64,000 nt of DNA from an uncultured bacterium. Lineage in GTDB: Bacteria > Planctomycetota > UBA1135 > GCA-002686595. The position numbers were made by a program, and so were the translations under genes. The DNA lies in contig CALSNU010000001.1 of assembly GCA_943787795.1 (NCBI GenBank), positions 1,216,001 to 1,280,000 of the forward strand, read 5' to 3'. The notes under the pieces were generated by a model. It was not told the DNA's origin and did not search any database. It was given only the letters and a program-made list of their open reading frames with translations. Positions 11,161 to 20,979 of this stretch are shown here, in pieces. How positions within the stretch are numbered: the stretch's first letter is position 1; the number at the start of each line of letters is the position of its first letter.

Positions 11161-12498
11161 TCACCCCTTGGCGTCTGTGGCCGCCGCGCACATGGCCTCG
11201 ACCTCGTGGATGGCCTTCGGGACGTCGCCTGTTAGCACCTCGTGGCCCTCTTCGGTGATGAGGACGTCATCCTCGATGCGGATGCCGATCCCGCGCCAGC
11301 GGGCCTCGACCTCCATGTTCTCCGGGTCGACGTAGATCCCTGGTTCGACCGTGAAGACCATCCCGGGTTCGAGGGGCCGAGAGGCGCCGCCGGGGGTCGT
11401 GTATCGCCCGCAGTCGTGGACGTCGAGCCCGAGGTAGTGGCCCGTCTTGTGCATGAAGAACTCGCGGTAAGACCCGGATTCGAGGGCCTCTTCACGCGTC
11501 CCCTTGAGGAGCCCGTGCTCAAGGAGCCCGTCGACGATCACGCCGAGGGCGACCTCATGGATCCGGTCGTAGGGGACGTTCGGCCCGGAGACCGCGATCG
11601 CGGCCTCCTCGGCGTCGAGGACGACCTGGTAGAGCGCCCTCTGCTCCGCGGTGAACTTCCCGCCGACGGGGAAGGTGCGCGTGATGTCGGCCGCGTAGTA
11701 GTGCCACTCTGCGCCGGAGTCGACGAGCAGCAGGTCGCCGTCCTTGAGCGGCTGATCGTTCTCGATGTAGTGGAGGATGCAGGCGTTGGCGCCGCCAGCG
11801 CAGATGTGGCTGTACGCGGCGCCGCTAGAGCCGGCGCTCCGGTAGCCGTGGTCGAGGAAGGCCTCGGCCTCGCACTCGTTCATACCCGGCTGGACATGGC
11901 GCATGAGGGCTGCGTGGGTCTCGGCGCTGAGCCTGGCGGCGCGGCGCATGAGCTCGAGCTCAGCGTCACTCTTGATGACCCGGAGCTCGTGCAGGACCGG
12001 CCCGGTATCGAGCAGCTCCTTGGCGGGCTCCACCGGCCCGCGGGCCAGGTTGCGCAGGGAGGTGAAGGTCTCGACCATCCGCCGGTCGGCGACGTCGTCA
12101 TCTCCGAAGCGCCACATGATCCGTTCACGCCCCTCCAGCAGCTTGGGGAGCTCCGTCCAGAGCTCCTCGATGTCCATGGCGGTGTCCACTCCCAGGGCCT
12201 CAGGGGCGCGCTCGAGCCCCAGGCGGCGTCCGTCCCAGATCTCGCGCAGCTTGTCCCGCTCGCGCAGGAACAGGACCGAGCGGTGCGGCTCACCGTCCTC
12301 GCCCGGCAGCAGGACCAGGCAGGCGCCGGGCTCGTTCAGGCCGGTGAGGTACCAGAAGTCACTGGTCGGCCGAAACTTGTAGTCCGCGTCGTCGTTCCTC
12401 GTCTTGGTCGTCGCGGTGGGGATGACGGCCACCGCGTTGCGCTCGGCGAGCAGGTCGAGGAAGCGGGCGCGGTGCTGGGCGTGGATGGAGTCACTCAT
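11161..12498 (-). CDS. pepP: Xaa-Pro aminopeptidase (M24B)
   Basis: FRPTSDFWYLTG, ILHY, LLVDSG, ADITRTFP, HYLGLDVHD, TVEPGIY, GIRIEDDV. Confidence 0.96.
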   Translation of the reverse strand: MSDSIHAQHRARFLDLLAERNAVAVIPTATTKTRNDDADYKFRPTSDFWYLTGLNEPGACLVLLPGEDGEPHRSVLFLRERDKLREIWDGRRLGLERAPEALGVDTAMDIEELWTELPKLLEGRERIMWRFGDDDVADRRMVETFTSLRNLARGPVEPAKELLDTGPVLHELRVIKSDAELELMRRAARLSAETHAALMRHVQPGMNECEAEAFLDHGYRSAGSSGAAYSHICAGGANACILHYIENDQPLKDGDLLLVDSGAEWHYYAADITRTFPVGGKFTAEQRALYQVVLDAEEAAIAVSGPNVPYDRIHEVALGVIVDGLLEHGLLKGTREEALESGSYREFFMHKTGHYLGLDVHDCGRYTTPGGASRPLEPGMVFTVEPGIYVDPENMEVEARWRGIGIRIEDDVLITEEGHEVLTGDVPKAIHEVEAMCAAATDAKG

Positions 12499-12542
12499 GG
12501 TAGGAGCGCCACCATAACGCCCCGGCGCCCGGTCGGGCGCCC

Positions 12543-13673
12543 TCAGCGTTCCCTCAACCGGACCTCGATCGCGTGGGTCACGCGGCGCCTCAGGGCCTCG
12601 GGGTCCGCGGCGAGATCGAAGCGCAGCGCTGTGGGGAGCGGAGCGGCCCCCTCGCGGAGAACCTCGGCCGGCGAACCGACGCGCGCGGGGACACCGAGGA
12701 CGTCAGCGAAGGCGCGCGCCATGGCCGTCCAGCGTGGCCCCTGCTCCTCTTCCGGGACGACGAGGAGGAGCCCCCGTCCGGTGATGGAGCCGGGCAGAGG
12801 AGCCCGCGCCGAGGGGGCGGTGGGGAGGGCGAGGTCTCGCCGCTCGAGGCGGGCGAAGAGCGAGATCGGGTCCTCGGACGGGGCCACGTGCACCGTCAGC
12901 GGCGTCCCCGCCCAGTCGACCTGCGCTGCCTCGATCCCCTCGCCGGGCTCCTGGAGTTCCCAGTCCACGTAGACGCTCTTCAATCGATAGCCCGCGGGGG
13001 CCGGGAGCGCGACGCGGATGGTGATCGGGTCACCGGTCACATGGGTCAGCTCGGCGATGACGCCCGAGCCGTCCACCTTGAGCATCATGTCGAATGTGGT
13101 CCCCCCGGCGCGCAGGCCGCGCGCCGTGATCCGTCGATTCTCGATGCTCCCGATGAGCGCTGCTGCGCTGCGCGGCGGAAGCTGAGGCCGCAGGAGCGCC
13201 CCCTCGGTCAGGGGAGCCGGTCGACCGCCCCCGCCGAGCTGCGCCTCCGGGTCAAGGCCGGGGAACAGGTAGGGGATGGAGCCTGCCAGGGCCTGCGCGT
13301 CGCCGGCTCCGAAGGCGCCGATCCAGCCGTAGGCATCCTCCATGCGTCCGTCCCTCGTAGCGAGGCCGAGGAGGACCGAGACGGCCTCTCGCCGGGTCTC
13401 CGATGCGGAGACCTGCTTCATGGCGCGGCGCCAGTCCTCCCATGCGGCCTCCTCCGTGGCGAGAGCGCCGGCGACATGGGTGGACCTCCACGGGGCTGTC
13501 TCTGCGCCGACGGAGGCCCACAGTCTTCCAAGGGGGTCCTCGGGAAGATCCAGCCAGCCTCTCGGCGTGTCCTGGGCGGGGGCTGCGGTGGCGAGCCCAC
13601 TGGTCGAGAGCCCAAGGCCCAGCGTGAGTGCGGCGGCGATCGCCCAGGGGGCGCTGCGGAGGACGGAGAGCAT
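12543..13673 (-). CDS. Hypothetical exported protein
   Basis: Long ORF with a signal-peptide-like start (MLSVLRSAPWAIAAALTLGLGL...APA), co-oriented with pepP. No family recognised. Confidence 0.7.
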   Translation of the reverse strand: MLSVLRSAPWAIAAALTLGLGLSTSGLATAAPAQDTPRGWLDLPEDPLGRLWASVGAETAPWRSTHVAGALATEEAAWEDWRRAMKQVSASETRREAVSVLLGLATRDGRMEDAYGWIGAFGAGDAQALAGSIPYLFPGLDPEAQLGGGGRPAPLTEGALLRPQLPPRSAAALIGSIENRRITARGLRAGGTTFDMMLKVDGSGVIAELTHVTGDPITIRVALPAPAGYRLKSVYVDWELQEPGEGIEAAQVDWAGTPLTVHVAPSEDPISLFARLERRDLALPTAPSARAPLPGSITGRGLLLVVPEEEQGPRWTAMARAFADVLGVPARVGSPAEVLREGAAPLPTALRFDLAADPEALRRRVTHAIEVRLRER

Positions 13674-13833
13674 GGCACCAACCTCCAGCACGGCCCATCC
13701 GGGGTCAAGCTCAGATCATCTCCCGCGAAGCGGCGGCTCGTTCGGGTTGCGTTGTCCGTGCCCATGCACGATTCTTCACGGCGGAGCCCGCGTCCCCTTT
13801 CTTCCACCAGCTCCCCGCCACCCCACCAGCGCC

Positions 13834-14091
13834 GTGATCCACCCCGACCTCCTCGCCATCCTCGCCTGCCCGGATTCTCGTCAGCCCCTCGACCTCGCGG
13901 ACGAGGCCACGCTCGGCGCGCTGAACGGGCGAATCGCCGCGGGCGGCGTCCAGAACGTGGGGGGGGCCGAAGTGTCCGTCGCACTTGAAGCCGGGCTGGT
14001 CCGAGAGGATGGAGCGATCGTCTACCCCGTCCGAGACGACATCCCCGTCCTGCTGCGCGAGGAAGGGATCGCTGTCGAGCCCGCAGGCTGA
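13834..14091 (+). CDS. Trm112/YcaR (UPF0434) family protein
   Basis: GTG start; IHPDLLAILACPDSRQPL...YPVRDDIPVLL. Confidence 0.88.
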   Translation: MIHPDLLAILACPDSRQPLDLADEATLGALNGRIAAGGVQNVGGAEVSVALEAGLVREDGAIVYPVRDDIPVLLREEGIAVEPAG

Positions 14092-14096
14092 GCGCC

Positions 14097-15356
14097 ATGC
14101 GGTTCCATCACCCCAGCTCGGACCGAGTCGTCCGGGTCGGGTACTGCCTCAACCTCCACGCGGCGGAGACCCTCACGGACGTCCGTCGGGCCATCGAGTC
14201 CTTCTCCGTGCCCCTGCGTGATCGCCTCGCCCCCGACGGGGAGAGCTTCGGGGTCGGGATGTACCTCGCTGCCGGCGCGGCCCGGGAGCTCCGCGAGGAT
14301 CCCCAGGCCCTCCGAGACCTGCGTGAGTTCCTCAGGGCGCAGCGGATCGATCCCTTCACGTTCAACGCGTTCCCCTACGGCGGCTTCCAGGAGGACGGCC
14401 TCAAGGCCCGCGTCTACCAGCCGAACTGGATGGAAGCCGCGCGAGTGGACTACACCGTCGACGTCGCGTGGGCCGCGGCTGGACTTGTGGAGGCGTCGCG
14501 GGACGAGCCCCGAATGGTCTCGATCAGCACGCACCCGGGGGCCTACGGCGCCGACATCAATGATCGCTCGGGGCTGCGCCGCTGCGCCGAGGGTATGGGG
14601 CGAGCGCTGGGGGAGTTCGTCCAAATCGAGGAGGAGACCGGCGTGCGCGCCGTGCTCTCCCTGGAGTCCGAGCCGGACGCGAGCGCGAGGAACGGGCGTG
14701 CGCTGGCGGAGTACCTGGTCTTCGCGCGGCTCATCGCGACCCGCGTCCTGCAGGACGAGTTCGGGGTCGACGTCGAGGGGGCCGCGCGGCTGGCCGCTCG
14801 GCATCTGGGGACCTGCCTGGACTGCTGCCACTCGGCCGTCGAATTCGAGGAGCCCGCCGACTCCCTGGCCCTCGCCACCCACGGGGGACCGCTGGGCAAG
14901 GTGCAGGTCAGCAGCGCCCTCCGCCTCCCCGAACCGGCCCTGTACCCCGAGGCGCGGGCCGAGCTCCTCGGGATGGACGAGCCCCGCTTCCTCCACCAGG
15001 TGACCGGTCGCGCGGACGGGTCGTTCATGCACCTGCCGGATCTCCCCGCGCTCTCCAGCGCTCTCGCGGAAGAGGGCAGCCCCTGGGCCAACGCCGAGGA
15101 GTGGCGCTGCCACTTCCATGTGCCCCTGGATCAGGCGACCTTCGGGGCCCTTGGGACGACCCAGGCCCACGCGGACCGGATCGTGGATGGCTTGCTGGCG
15201 GACCCTGAGGGCTGGAGCACCCCCGAACTCCACCTCGAGATCGAGACGTACACCTGGTCCATCCTTGGTGACCCAGGGCAGGTGGTGGACGGGCTCGCGC
15301 GGGAGTACGGCCACCTGACCGAGCGGCTCAGCGCTGCCGGATGGGCCTCGCGCTGA
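14097..15356 (+). CDS. eboE: EboE-family TIM-barrel protein
   Basis: YCLNLH, FTFNAFPYGGF, KARVYQPNW, CLDCCH, GKVQVSSAL, EPRFLHQ, WRCHFHVP, LEIETYTW. Confidence 0.88.
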   Translation: MRFHHPSSDRVVRVGYCLNLHAAETLTDVRRAIESFSVPLRDRLAPDGESFGVGMYLAAGAARELREDPQALRDLREFLRAQRIDPFTFNAFPYGGFQEDGLKARVYQPNWMEAARVDYTVDVAWAAAGLVEASRDEPRMVSISTHPGAYGADINDRSGLRRCAEGMGRALGEFVQIEEETGVRAVLSLESEPDASARNGRALAEYLVFARLIATRVLQDEFGVDVEGAARLAARHLGTCLDCCHSAVEFEEPADSLALATHGGPLGKVQVSSALRLPEPALYPEARAELLGMDEPRFLHQVTGRADGSFMHLPDLPALSSALAEEGSPWANAEEWRCHFHVPLDQATFGALGTTQAHADRIVDGLLADPEGWSTPELHLEIETYTWSILGDPGQVVDGLAREYGHLTERLSAAGWASR

Positions 15357-15383
15357 ACGGAGAAAATCCGCACGGGGGAGGGT

Positions 15384-15412
15384 TTGACATGACCAGGACC
15401 AGGCCCTATCTT
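15384..15412 (+). promoter_or_regulatory. Sigma-70 promoter of tRNA-Glu
   Basis: TTGACA-17 nt-TATCTT, ending 39 bp before the tRNA. Confidence 0.75.
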
Positions 15413-15451
15413 CCCCGCCGTCGAACGTCCTTCGGGACAGACGTCACCCGT

Positions 15452-15529
15452 GGCCCTATCGTCTAGTCAGGCCTAGGACACCAGGTTTTCATCCTGGCGA
15501 CGGGGGTTCGAATCCCCCTAGGGTCACCA
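15452..15529 (+). tRNA. tRNA-Glu (UUC)
   Basis: GGCCCTA/TAGGGTC acceptor stem, anticodon arm CCAGG-TTTTCAT-CCTGG, T arm GGGGGTTCGAATCCCCC and encoded CCA. Confidence 0.96.
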
Positions 15530-15670
15530 CCACTCCCTCTCCGGTTTCGAGAGGCCTCGCACGGGCGGGGCTGGCTCCTGGAGGCCGGGACCTCCAGTCC
15601 CCGCGACGGGGGAGAGGAGCGCTCGCAAGTGCTGTTGGCCGGACGACTGGCATCGGGCTCGTCGCCGCGC

Positions 15671-15754
15671 CGGTGTCTCCCCGTCAGTGTCTTCCCGCGA
15701 GTGTCTCCCCGTCAGCGTCGCCCCGCCAGTGTCTCCCCGCCAGGGTCCCCTCGG
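15671..15754. repeat. 14-bp tandem repeat x6 between tRNA-Glu and mnmD
   Basis: Consensus CAGTGTCTCCCCG(T/C), with six degenerate copies in register. Confidence 0.8.
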
Positions 15755-15846
15755 GGGCTCTCGGGTCGTCTCCCCATGAGGGTGAGCGCGCTCCCCATCC
15801 TCACGGGGTCTCCTGCCCCTGAGCGCGCTTCGTAAGCTGGCGGTCC

Positions 15847-16593
15847 ATGGCAAGAGAAGCGGGAGGAGCGAGGGGAGTGGGGGGCCGCGAGCCCAACCTG
15901 ATCTGGTCCGACGAAGGGGTCCCCTTCGCGCCGGACTACGACGATGTCTACTACTCCCGCAGCGGCATGGAGCAGGGCGACCTCGTCTTCGTGCAGGGGA
16001 GCGACCTGCCCGCACGCCTGGGCCGGGGCGAGTCCATCACGATCCTGGAGACGGGGCTCGGCCTGGGCGTGAATCTCCTGGCCGCCGTGAGGGCGCTGTT
16101 GGAGGCCGGACGTGGTGCGCTGTGCCACACCTCCATCGAGCTCCACCCGCTCTCGCCAGCGACCATGGCCGAGGTTCACGGGCGGCTCGGGCGGTTAGGG
16201 CGGCTCGGGCGGACGGATGAGGCGACCGAGGCCTTCCTCCGAGCGTATCCGGAGCTCCTGGAGGAGGGCGAGGCGACCCTGAGCCTCGGGGGCCACGTGG
16301 TCCCCCTGCGGCTCGTCGTCGGTGACGGCGCAGCGGCGCTCCGCCGGCTTGAATTCCGCGCCGACGCGATCTTCCTTGACGGCTTTGCGCCCGCGCGCAA
16401 CCCCGAGCTCTGGTCCCCAGAGGTGTTCGCCGAGCTCGCGCGCCTCGCGCGCCCCGGGGCCAGCCTCGCCACCTATACCGCAGCCGGCGCCGTTCGCGCC
16501 GGCCTGGATCGCGCCGGGTTCGAGGTGAAGCGGTGTGAAGGGTTCGGGTTGAAGCGACACCGGCTCTCCGGCACGCGCCGCGCGGACGTCTGA
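15847..16593 (+). CDS. mnmD: Stand-alone tRNA mnm5s2U34 methyltransferase (MnmC methyltransferase domain only)
   Basis: YDDVYYS, VFVQGSDLP, ILETGLGLGVN, SIELHP, ADAIFLDGFAPARNPELW, LATYTAAGAVR, GFGLKR. It stops at 248 aa with no FAD-oxidase domain. Confidence 0.9.
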   Translation: MAREAGGARGVGGREPNLIWSDEGVPFAPDYDDVYYSRSGMEQGDLVFVQGSDLPARLGRGESITILETGLGLGVNLLAAVRALLEAGRGALCHTSIELHPLSPATMAEVHGRLGRLGRLGRTDEATEAFLRAYPELLEEGEATLSLGGHVVPLRLVVGDGAAALRRLEFRADAIFLDGFAPARNPELWSPEVFAELARLARPGASLATYTAAGAVRAGLDRAGFEVKRCEGFGLKRHRLSGTRRADV

Positions 16594-16706
16594 CCTGCGG
16601 CCGTGACCCGGAGGCGGTCCGCCGGGGGCGTCATCCCGGGGTGAGCCTCACGCCCAAGGGGCATTAGCCGCAGCAGCATTTGATGGGCTGCCATAGCATC
16701 GGTCCC

Positions 16707-17984
16707 ATGCCCATCCCGCCGATCTCACGCCGTCGAGTCCTCCGGAGCGCCGCCGCGCTCGCCACCTCGGCCGCAGCCGCACCCTTCATCCGGACGCGCC
16801 CACTGAGGGATCGCCTCAAGCTCGCGGCCATCGGCGTCGCGAATCGGGGTGCCGCCAACGTCGACGGCGTGCTCTCACAGGACGTCGCGGTGATGTGTGA
16901 CGTGGACTCCGCGATGCTCGCGCGCGGTCTGGCGCAGGTCGAAGCCGCCGGGCAGCTGCGCCCCAAGACCTACGTGGACTGGCGAGAGCTCCTCGAACAG
17001 GAGAAGGACCTCGCAGGCGTCGTGATCTCGACCCCCGATCACCTGCACGCGCCGATCGCGCGGGCAGCGCTACGCCGCAACATCGCCGTGTACTGTGAGA
17101 AGCCGCTGACGCGCACGGTGGAGGAGGCCCAGCAGCTCCAGGAGCTGGCGAAGAGCTCAGGCGTGGCCACCCAGATGGGCACGCAGATTCACGCGACCGA
17201 CAACTACCGCAGGGTGGTCGAGGCCATTCGAAGCGGCGCCATCGGTGACGTGCACACCGTGCATGTGGTGTGCCGGAAGTCATGGTCCAACGGCAAGTTC
17301 TCCGCGCCGAAGCCCGCGCCCAAGAACCTGGCTTGGGACCTTTGGCTCGGGCCAACCCCTGAGCGCCCCTATTGCGACGGCGTGCACCCCGGCAACTGGC
17401 GGCGCTTCTGGGCCTTTGGAACCGGCACCGTGGGGGACATGGCCTGTCACTGGGTCGACCTCGTGCACTGGGCCCTCGACCTGAAGACCCCCGTGGCGAT
17501 CGAGGTGGAGGGCCCCCCGGTGGACCCCGTGGGGACCCCTGCTTGGATGCATGTGAAGTGGTCCCACGCCGCGGCGGGGGACCGCAAGGCGGTGGATGTG
17601 CACTGGTGGGATGGCGGCTCCGCGCCGGAGGAGGCACCCCAGGGGGACAGCCATGTCTTCATCGGGAGCAAGGGCCGACTCATCTCGAACTACAACTCGA
17701 TGCGGGTGGAGCTCACGGACCCCTCAGAGCCGTGGCAAGCGCCCGCTCCGACCATCGCGAGCTCGCCCGGGCACCACGTCGAGTGGCTGAACGCCATCGA
17801 AAAGGGGACGCCGGAGGCGCCGCTGTGTCGCTTCGATTACGCGGGCCCCTTGACCCAGACGGTGCTCCTGGCGACGGTGGCCTACCGCGCGGGAGGGCAG
17901 GCCCGATGGGACGCCGGGAAGGGCGCGTTCGACGCGGACGCCGGGCTCATTGGAAGCGAAGACCGGCCGGGCTGGGACATCTGA
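16707..17984 (+). CDS. Gfo/Idh/MocA oxidoreductase with Tat signal
   Basis: SRRRVL twin-arginine leader, ISTPDHLH, VYCEKPL, WDLWLGP, GDMACH. Confidence 0.92.
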   Translation: MPIPPISRRRVLRSAAALATSAAAAPFIRTRPLRDRLKLAAIGVANRGAANVDGVLSQDVAVMCDVDSAMLARGLAQVEAAGQLRPKTYVDWRELLEQEKDLAGVVISTPDHLHAPIARAALRRNIAVYCEKPLTRTVEEAQQLQELAKSSGVATQMGTQIHATDNYRRVVEAIRSGAIGDVHTVHVVCRKSWSNGKFSAPKPAPKNLAWDLWLGPTPERPYCDGVHPGNWRRFWAFGTGTVGDMACHWVDLVHWALDLKTPVAIEVEGPPVDPVGTPAWMHVKWSHAAAGDRKAVDVHWWDGGSAPEEAPQGDSHVFIGSKGRLISNYNSMRVELTDPSEPWQAPAPTIASSPGHHVEWLNAIEKGTPEAPLCRFDYAGPLTQTVLLATVAYRAGGQARWDAGKGAFDADAGLIGSEDRPGWDI

Positions 17985-18069
17985 CGGGGTGGCCTTCGGG
18001 GGCGACCTTGCCGGCGCCTCGATCCCGTTCGTCCGCGCCGCGACTCCACTCGACCGAGGCCCAGCCTGC

Positions 18070-18993
18070 TCAAGCGCGCGGGTGGGCCTTCTCGTAGATC
18101 TCCTGCAAGCGCGCCACGGAGACGTGGGTGTAGATCTGGGTGGTGGCGAGGTGTTCGTGCCCGAGGAGCTCCTGCACGGACCGCAGGTCGGCGCCCCGGT
18201 CGAGCAGGTGAGTGGCGAAGCAGTGACGCAGGGTGTGCGGCGTCGCTCGGCGAGTGATGCCTGCCCGTAGAGCATGCTTGGCCACGATCGTCTCGAGGCT
18301 CCGCGTGCTGAGCCGGCCACCAGAGCGGTTCAGGAAGAGCGCATCGCCCGCTGCGCTGGTGGGGGCGGGGCGCCTGGGGTCGGTGAGATAGTCCGAGATC
18401 GCCTCGACGGCGAAGCGGCCGAGCGCGACCAGACGCTCCTTGCGGCCCTTGCCGAGGACGCGGCCGACGCCGCGGCTCAGGTCCAGGTGCGCGCGGTCGA
18501 GCCCGACGGTCTCCGCCGCACGGGTGCCGGCGCTGTACATGAACTCGAGGATGGCCTTGTCTCGCAGGCCGCCAGGAGCTGCTCCATCCGGCGCGGCGAG
18601 GAGCGCCTCGATCTCGGCCTCGGAGAGGACCCCTGGCAGGTGGCGCGAGCTGCGGCGCTGGCGGAGGCCGGTGGCCGGGTTGACCTCCAGGAGTCCCTCG
18701 TGCACAAGGCTCTTGAGGAAGGACCTGGCGGCGGAGAGCCGGCGCTGGATCGTCGAGCGAGCCAGTCCACGCTCGTCAAGGTCGCCGAGCCAACCGCGCA
18801 GGGCGCGTGGCGTGATGGAGGCGTGCCTGGTGACGCCGCGGCCAGCGAGAAAGCCCACGAGGTCAGCGAGGTCGAGCCCGTAGGCACGAAGGGTGTGGTC
18901 GGAGGCGCCGCGCGTCACGCGCATGCGCTCGATGAAGGCGTCCACCCGGGGCCAGAGCTCCGACTCCAGCTGGCGGGGCTCGGCGGCGTTCAA
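18070..18993 (-). CDS. xerC: Tyrosine recombinase XerC/XerD
   Basis: HTLRAY..DL, RDKAILEFMYSAGTR, GKGRKER, PHTLRHCFATHLLDRGADLRSVQELLGH, TTQIYTHV, HPRA. Confidence 0.93.
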   Translation of the reverse strand: MNAAEPRQLESELWPRVDAFIERMRVTRGASDHTLRAYGLDLADLVGFLAGRGVTRHASITPRALRGWLGDLDERGLARSTIQRRLSAARSFLKSLVHEGLLEVNPATGLRQRRSSRHLPGVLSEAEIEALLAAPDGAAPGGLRDKAILEFMYSAGTRAAETVGLDRAHLDLSRGVGRVLGKGRKERLVALGRFAVEAISDYLTDPRRPAPTSAAGDALFLNRSGGRLSTRSLETIVAKHALRAGITRRATPHTLRHCFATHLLDRGADLRSVQELLGHEHLATTQIYTHVSVARLQEIYEKAHPRA

Positions 18994-19382
18994 CGGCGCT
19001 GGCGGCGGCCCTGACGGCGGTCGCTGTCCTTGCTCTTGTCCTTCGACTTGGACTTGGACTCCATGGACTGCATGGCCTTGGCCTGGGCCCGCAGTCCTTC
19101 GAGCAGCACCTCGCGGGAGCGCGGGTTGATGCCTGCCGTGAAGCCCTCCGCTTCCGATCGGGCGAGCGCCTCGGTCAGCTCTTTCCCCGCCGCGGCCTGC
19201 TGGATCATGAACTCCTGGCAGGTCAGGACCTGGACCTCGAGCTCGAGGATCTCGGCGCGGAGCTGGGCGAGGACCTTGTTTGGGTCCTCCTGGCTCGCCT
19301 CGGTGGAACCCGAACCGAAGGAGATGAGCGTGGCGAGAAGCGCGCTACCGGCGCACAGGACAGGTGTCTGAAAGCGTTGCAT
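18990..19382 (-). CDS. Hypothetical exported coiled-coil protein (130 aa)
   Basis: MQRFQTPVLCAGSALLATLISF leader. Its stop overlaps the xerC TTG start by 4 bp. Confidence 0.7.
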   Translation of the reverse strand: MQRFQTPVLCAGSALLATLISFGSGSTEASQEDPNKVLAQLRAEILELEVQVLTCQEFMIQQAAAGKELTEALARSEAEGFTAGINPRSREVLLEGLRAQAKAMQSMESKSKSKDKSKDSDRRQGRRQRR

Positions 19383-19480
19383 AACATCACCTCTATCGGC
19401 CGGGGGACCCGGCGGGTGAAGCGCCGAATGCTCGTGGCGCTCCAGATGGGCCGTGGGGGGCCTGGAAGGGCCTTGGTGGA

Positions 19481-19524
19481 CCTCTGAGTCTCCCCTGAGT
19501 CTCCCCTGAGTCTCCTCTGAGGGC
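19481..19524. repeat. 11-bp tandem repeat x4
   Basis: CC(T/C)CTGAGTCT x3 plus CCTCTGAGGGC. Confidence 0.75.
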
Positions 19525-19600
19525 CTGTGAGACGCGGCCCTGTGGCTCCCCCTGGTGGGTCGCCCCGGAGGCTCCAACCCTGCAGGGGCGGCGCGCCCGG

Positions 19601-20929
19601 CTAATCCGGCGCGCTTGCAGGAGGCGCCGGGAGCCGTCGGGTCAGCGCGAGCGGCATCAGGAGTAGCACCGCGCCCACGACGTAGGGCGCGAGGGCGCCG
19701 AGCCCGTAGTACAGCAGGCCCCCGGCGATCGGTCCGACCACGCGGGCGAGGCTCCCGAAGCTCCGGAAGACGCCGAGGGCGAACCCCTGTCGGTCGTCGG
19801 GGACATAGCGGCTCGCCAGGGAGCTCAGGCTGGGCATCACCAGCGAGCTGCCCACGGCCACCAGCGCGAGCCCGGTGTAGAGGACGGGCGGCGAGGCGGC
19901 CTTGGTCACCGCGGCGATCACGAGGAACCCGGGGAGGGTGAGCGCCATGCCGAGGGTGGCCACCTTCCGCTCGCCCACGCGTGGCACCAGGCGCCGGACG
20001 ATGCCGCCCTGTACGAAGGCGATCGTCAGGCCGATGAAGACGAACATCCAGGCGTTGTCCCGGGGCCCATAGCCCAGGTGCTCGGCGGCCAGGAAGACCA
20101 GCGTGAACTCCATGGCCCCGAAGGCGGCGAAGTAGATGAAGTAAGCGAAGTTCAGCGTGCGGACGCCGGGGAAGGTCAGGCCTCCCTGGGCGGCGAACGG
20201 GTTGATACTCCTCTTCTCCACGGTGTCTGTCGTGGCCTCCAGTGTCTCCGGGAAACGCGCCGCGGCCCAGATGAGGTTGATGAGCGCGAGCACGAACGCG
20301 ATCAGGGCCGCGCCACTGAAGGGGTTGATCCCTGGGGTGTCCGGCAGCGAGGCTGTGAGGTCCCAGCCGGAGGCGAGGCCGCCCAGGGCGGGGCCGACCA
20401 CGAAGCCCAGCCCGATGCCCGCGCCGAGAATGCCCATGCCCTTCGCGCGGTCCGCCTTCTTGTGGGTGTCGGCGACCGCGGCGGAGGCGATCGAGATGTT
20501 GCCCGCCATGATCCCGCCCGCGAGGCGCGCGGCGATCAGCAGGGCGAAGCTCCCCGCGAAGAACCACACCACGTAGGAGAGCGCCGTCCCCGTCAGCGTG
20601 AGGAGCAGGATCGAGCGCCGGCCGCGGCGGTCCGACAGGCCTCCCCAGATCGGCGCGAAGATGAACTGCAGGCCCGAGTAGAGAGAGCCAAGGAGCCCTC
20701 CGAACAGGACGATCACCGCGAAGCGATCCTCGACGAGGGTCTCCAGCCAGCTGGCGAGCTGTCCCACGAGGCTCTCCGGCCCCTCCTCTGCCACGTACCA
20801 GTCCAGCATCTGGGGGAAGAGCGGGAAGATGACCGAGAAGCCGACCATGTCGAGGAACACGGTCAGGAAGACGAGCCCCAGGACGCCCTTGCGGGGTCCG
20901 GTCGAGGGCTGGGGGGCGGGGGTACTCAT
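19601..20929 (-). CDS. MFS transporter, TetA/DHA1-like
   Basis: FLDMVGFSVIFP, motif A GGLSDRRGRR, RLAGGIMAGN, GFVVGPALGG and about 12 hydrophobic segments. Confidence 0.92.
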   Translation of the reverse strand: MSTPAPQPSTGPRKGVLGLVFLTVFLDMVGFSVIFPLFPQMLDWYVAEEGPESLVGQLASWLETLVEDRFAVIVLFGGLLGSLYSGLQFIFAPIWGGLSDRRGRRSILLLTLTGTALSYVVWFFAGSFALLIAARLAGGIMAGNISIASAAVADTHKKADRAKGMGILGAGIGLGFVVGPALGGLASGWDLTASLPDTPGINPFSGAALIAFVLALINLIWAAARFPETLEATTDTVEKRSINPFAAQGGLTFPGVRTLNFAYFIYFAAFGAMEFTLVFLAAEHLGYGPRDNAWMFVFIGLTIAFVQGGIVRRLVPRVGERKVATLGMALTLPGFLVIAAVTKAASPPVLYTGLALVAVGSSLVMPSLSSLASRYVPDDRQGFALGVFRSFGSLARVVGPIAGGLLYYGLGALAPYVVGAVLLLMPLALTRRLPAPPASAPD

Positions 20930-20979
20930 GGTGGATGTTCCTCTCTGGAACGCGCGGGGCCGTATAGAGTGCGACTCCG

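Noticed and set aside
18070..18993. Phage or island integrase marking a mobile element
   Set aside because: The sequence is typical chromosomal XerC/D (LLDRGADLRSVQELLGH, HPRA end) with ordinary neighbours. No att duplication of either tRNA 3' end and no compositional shift were seen.
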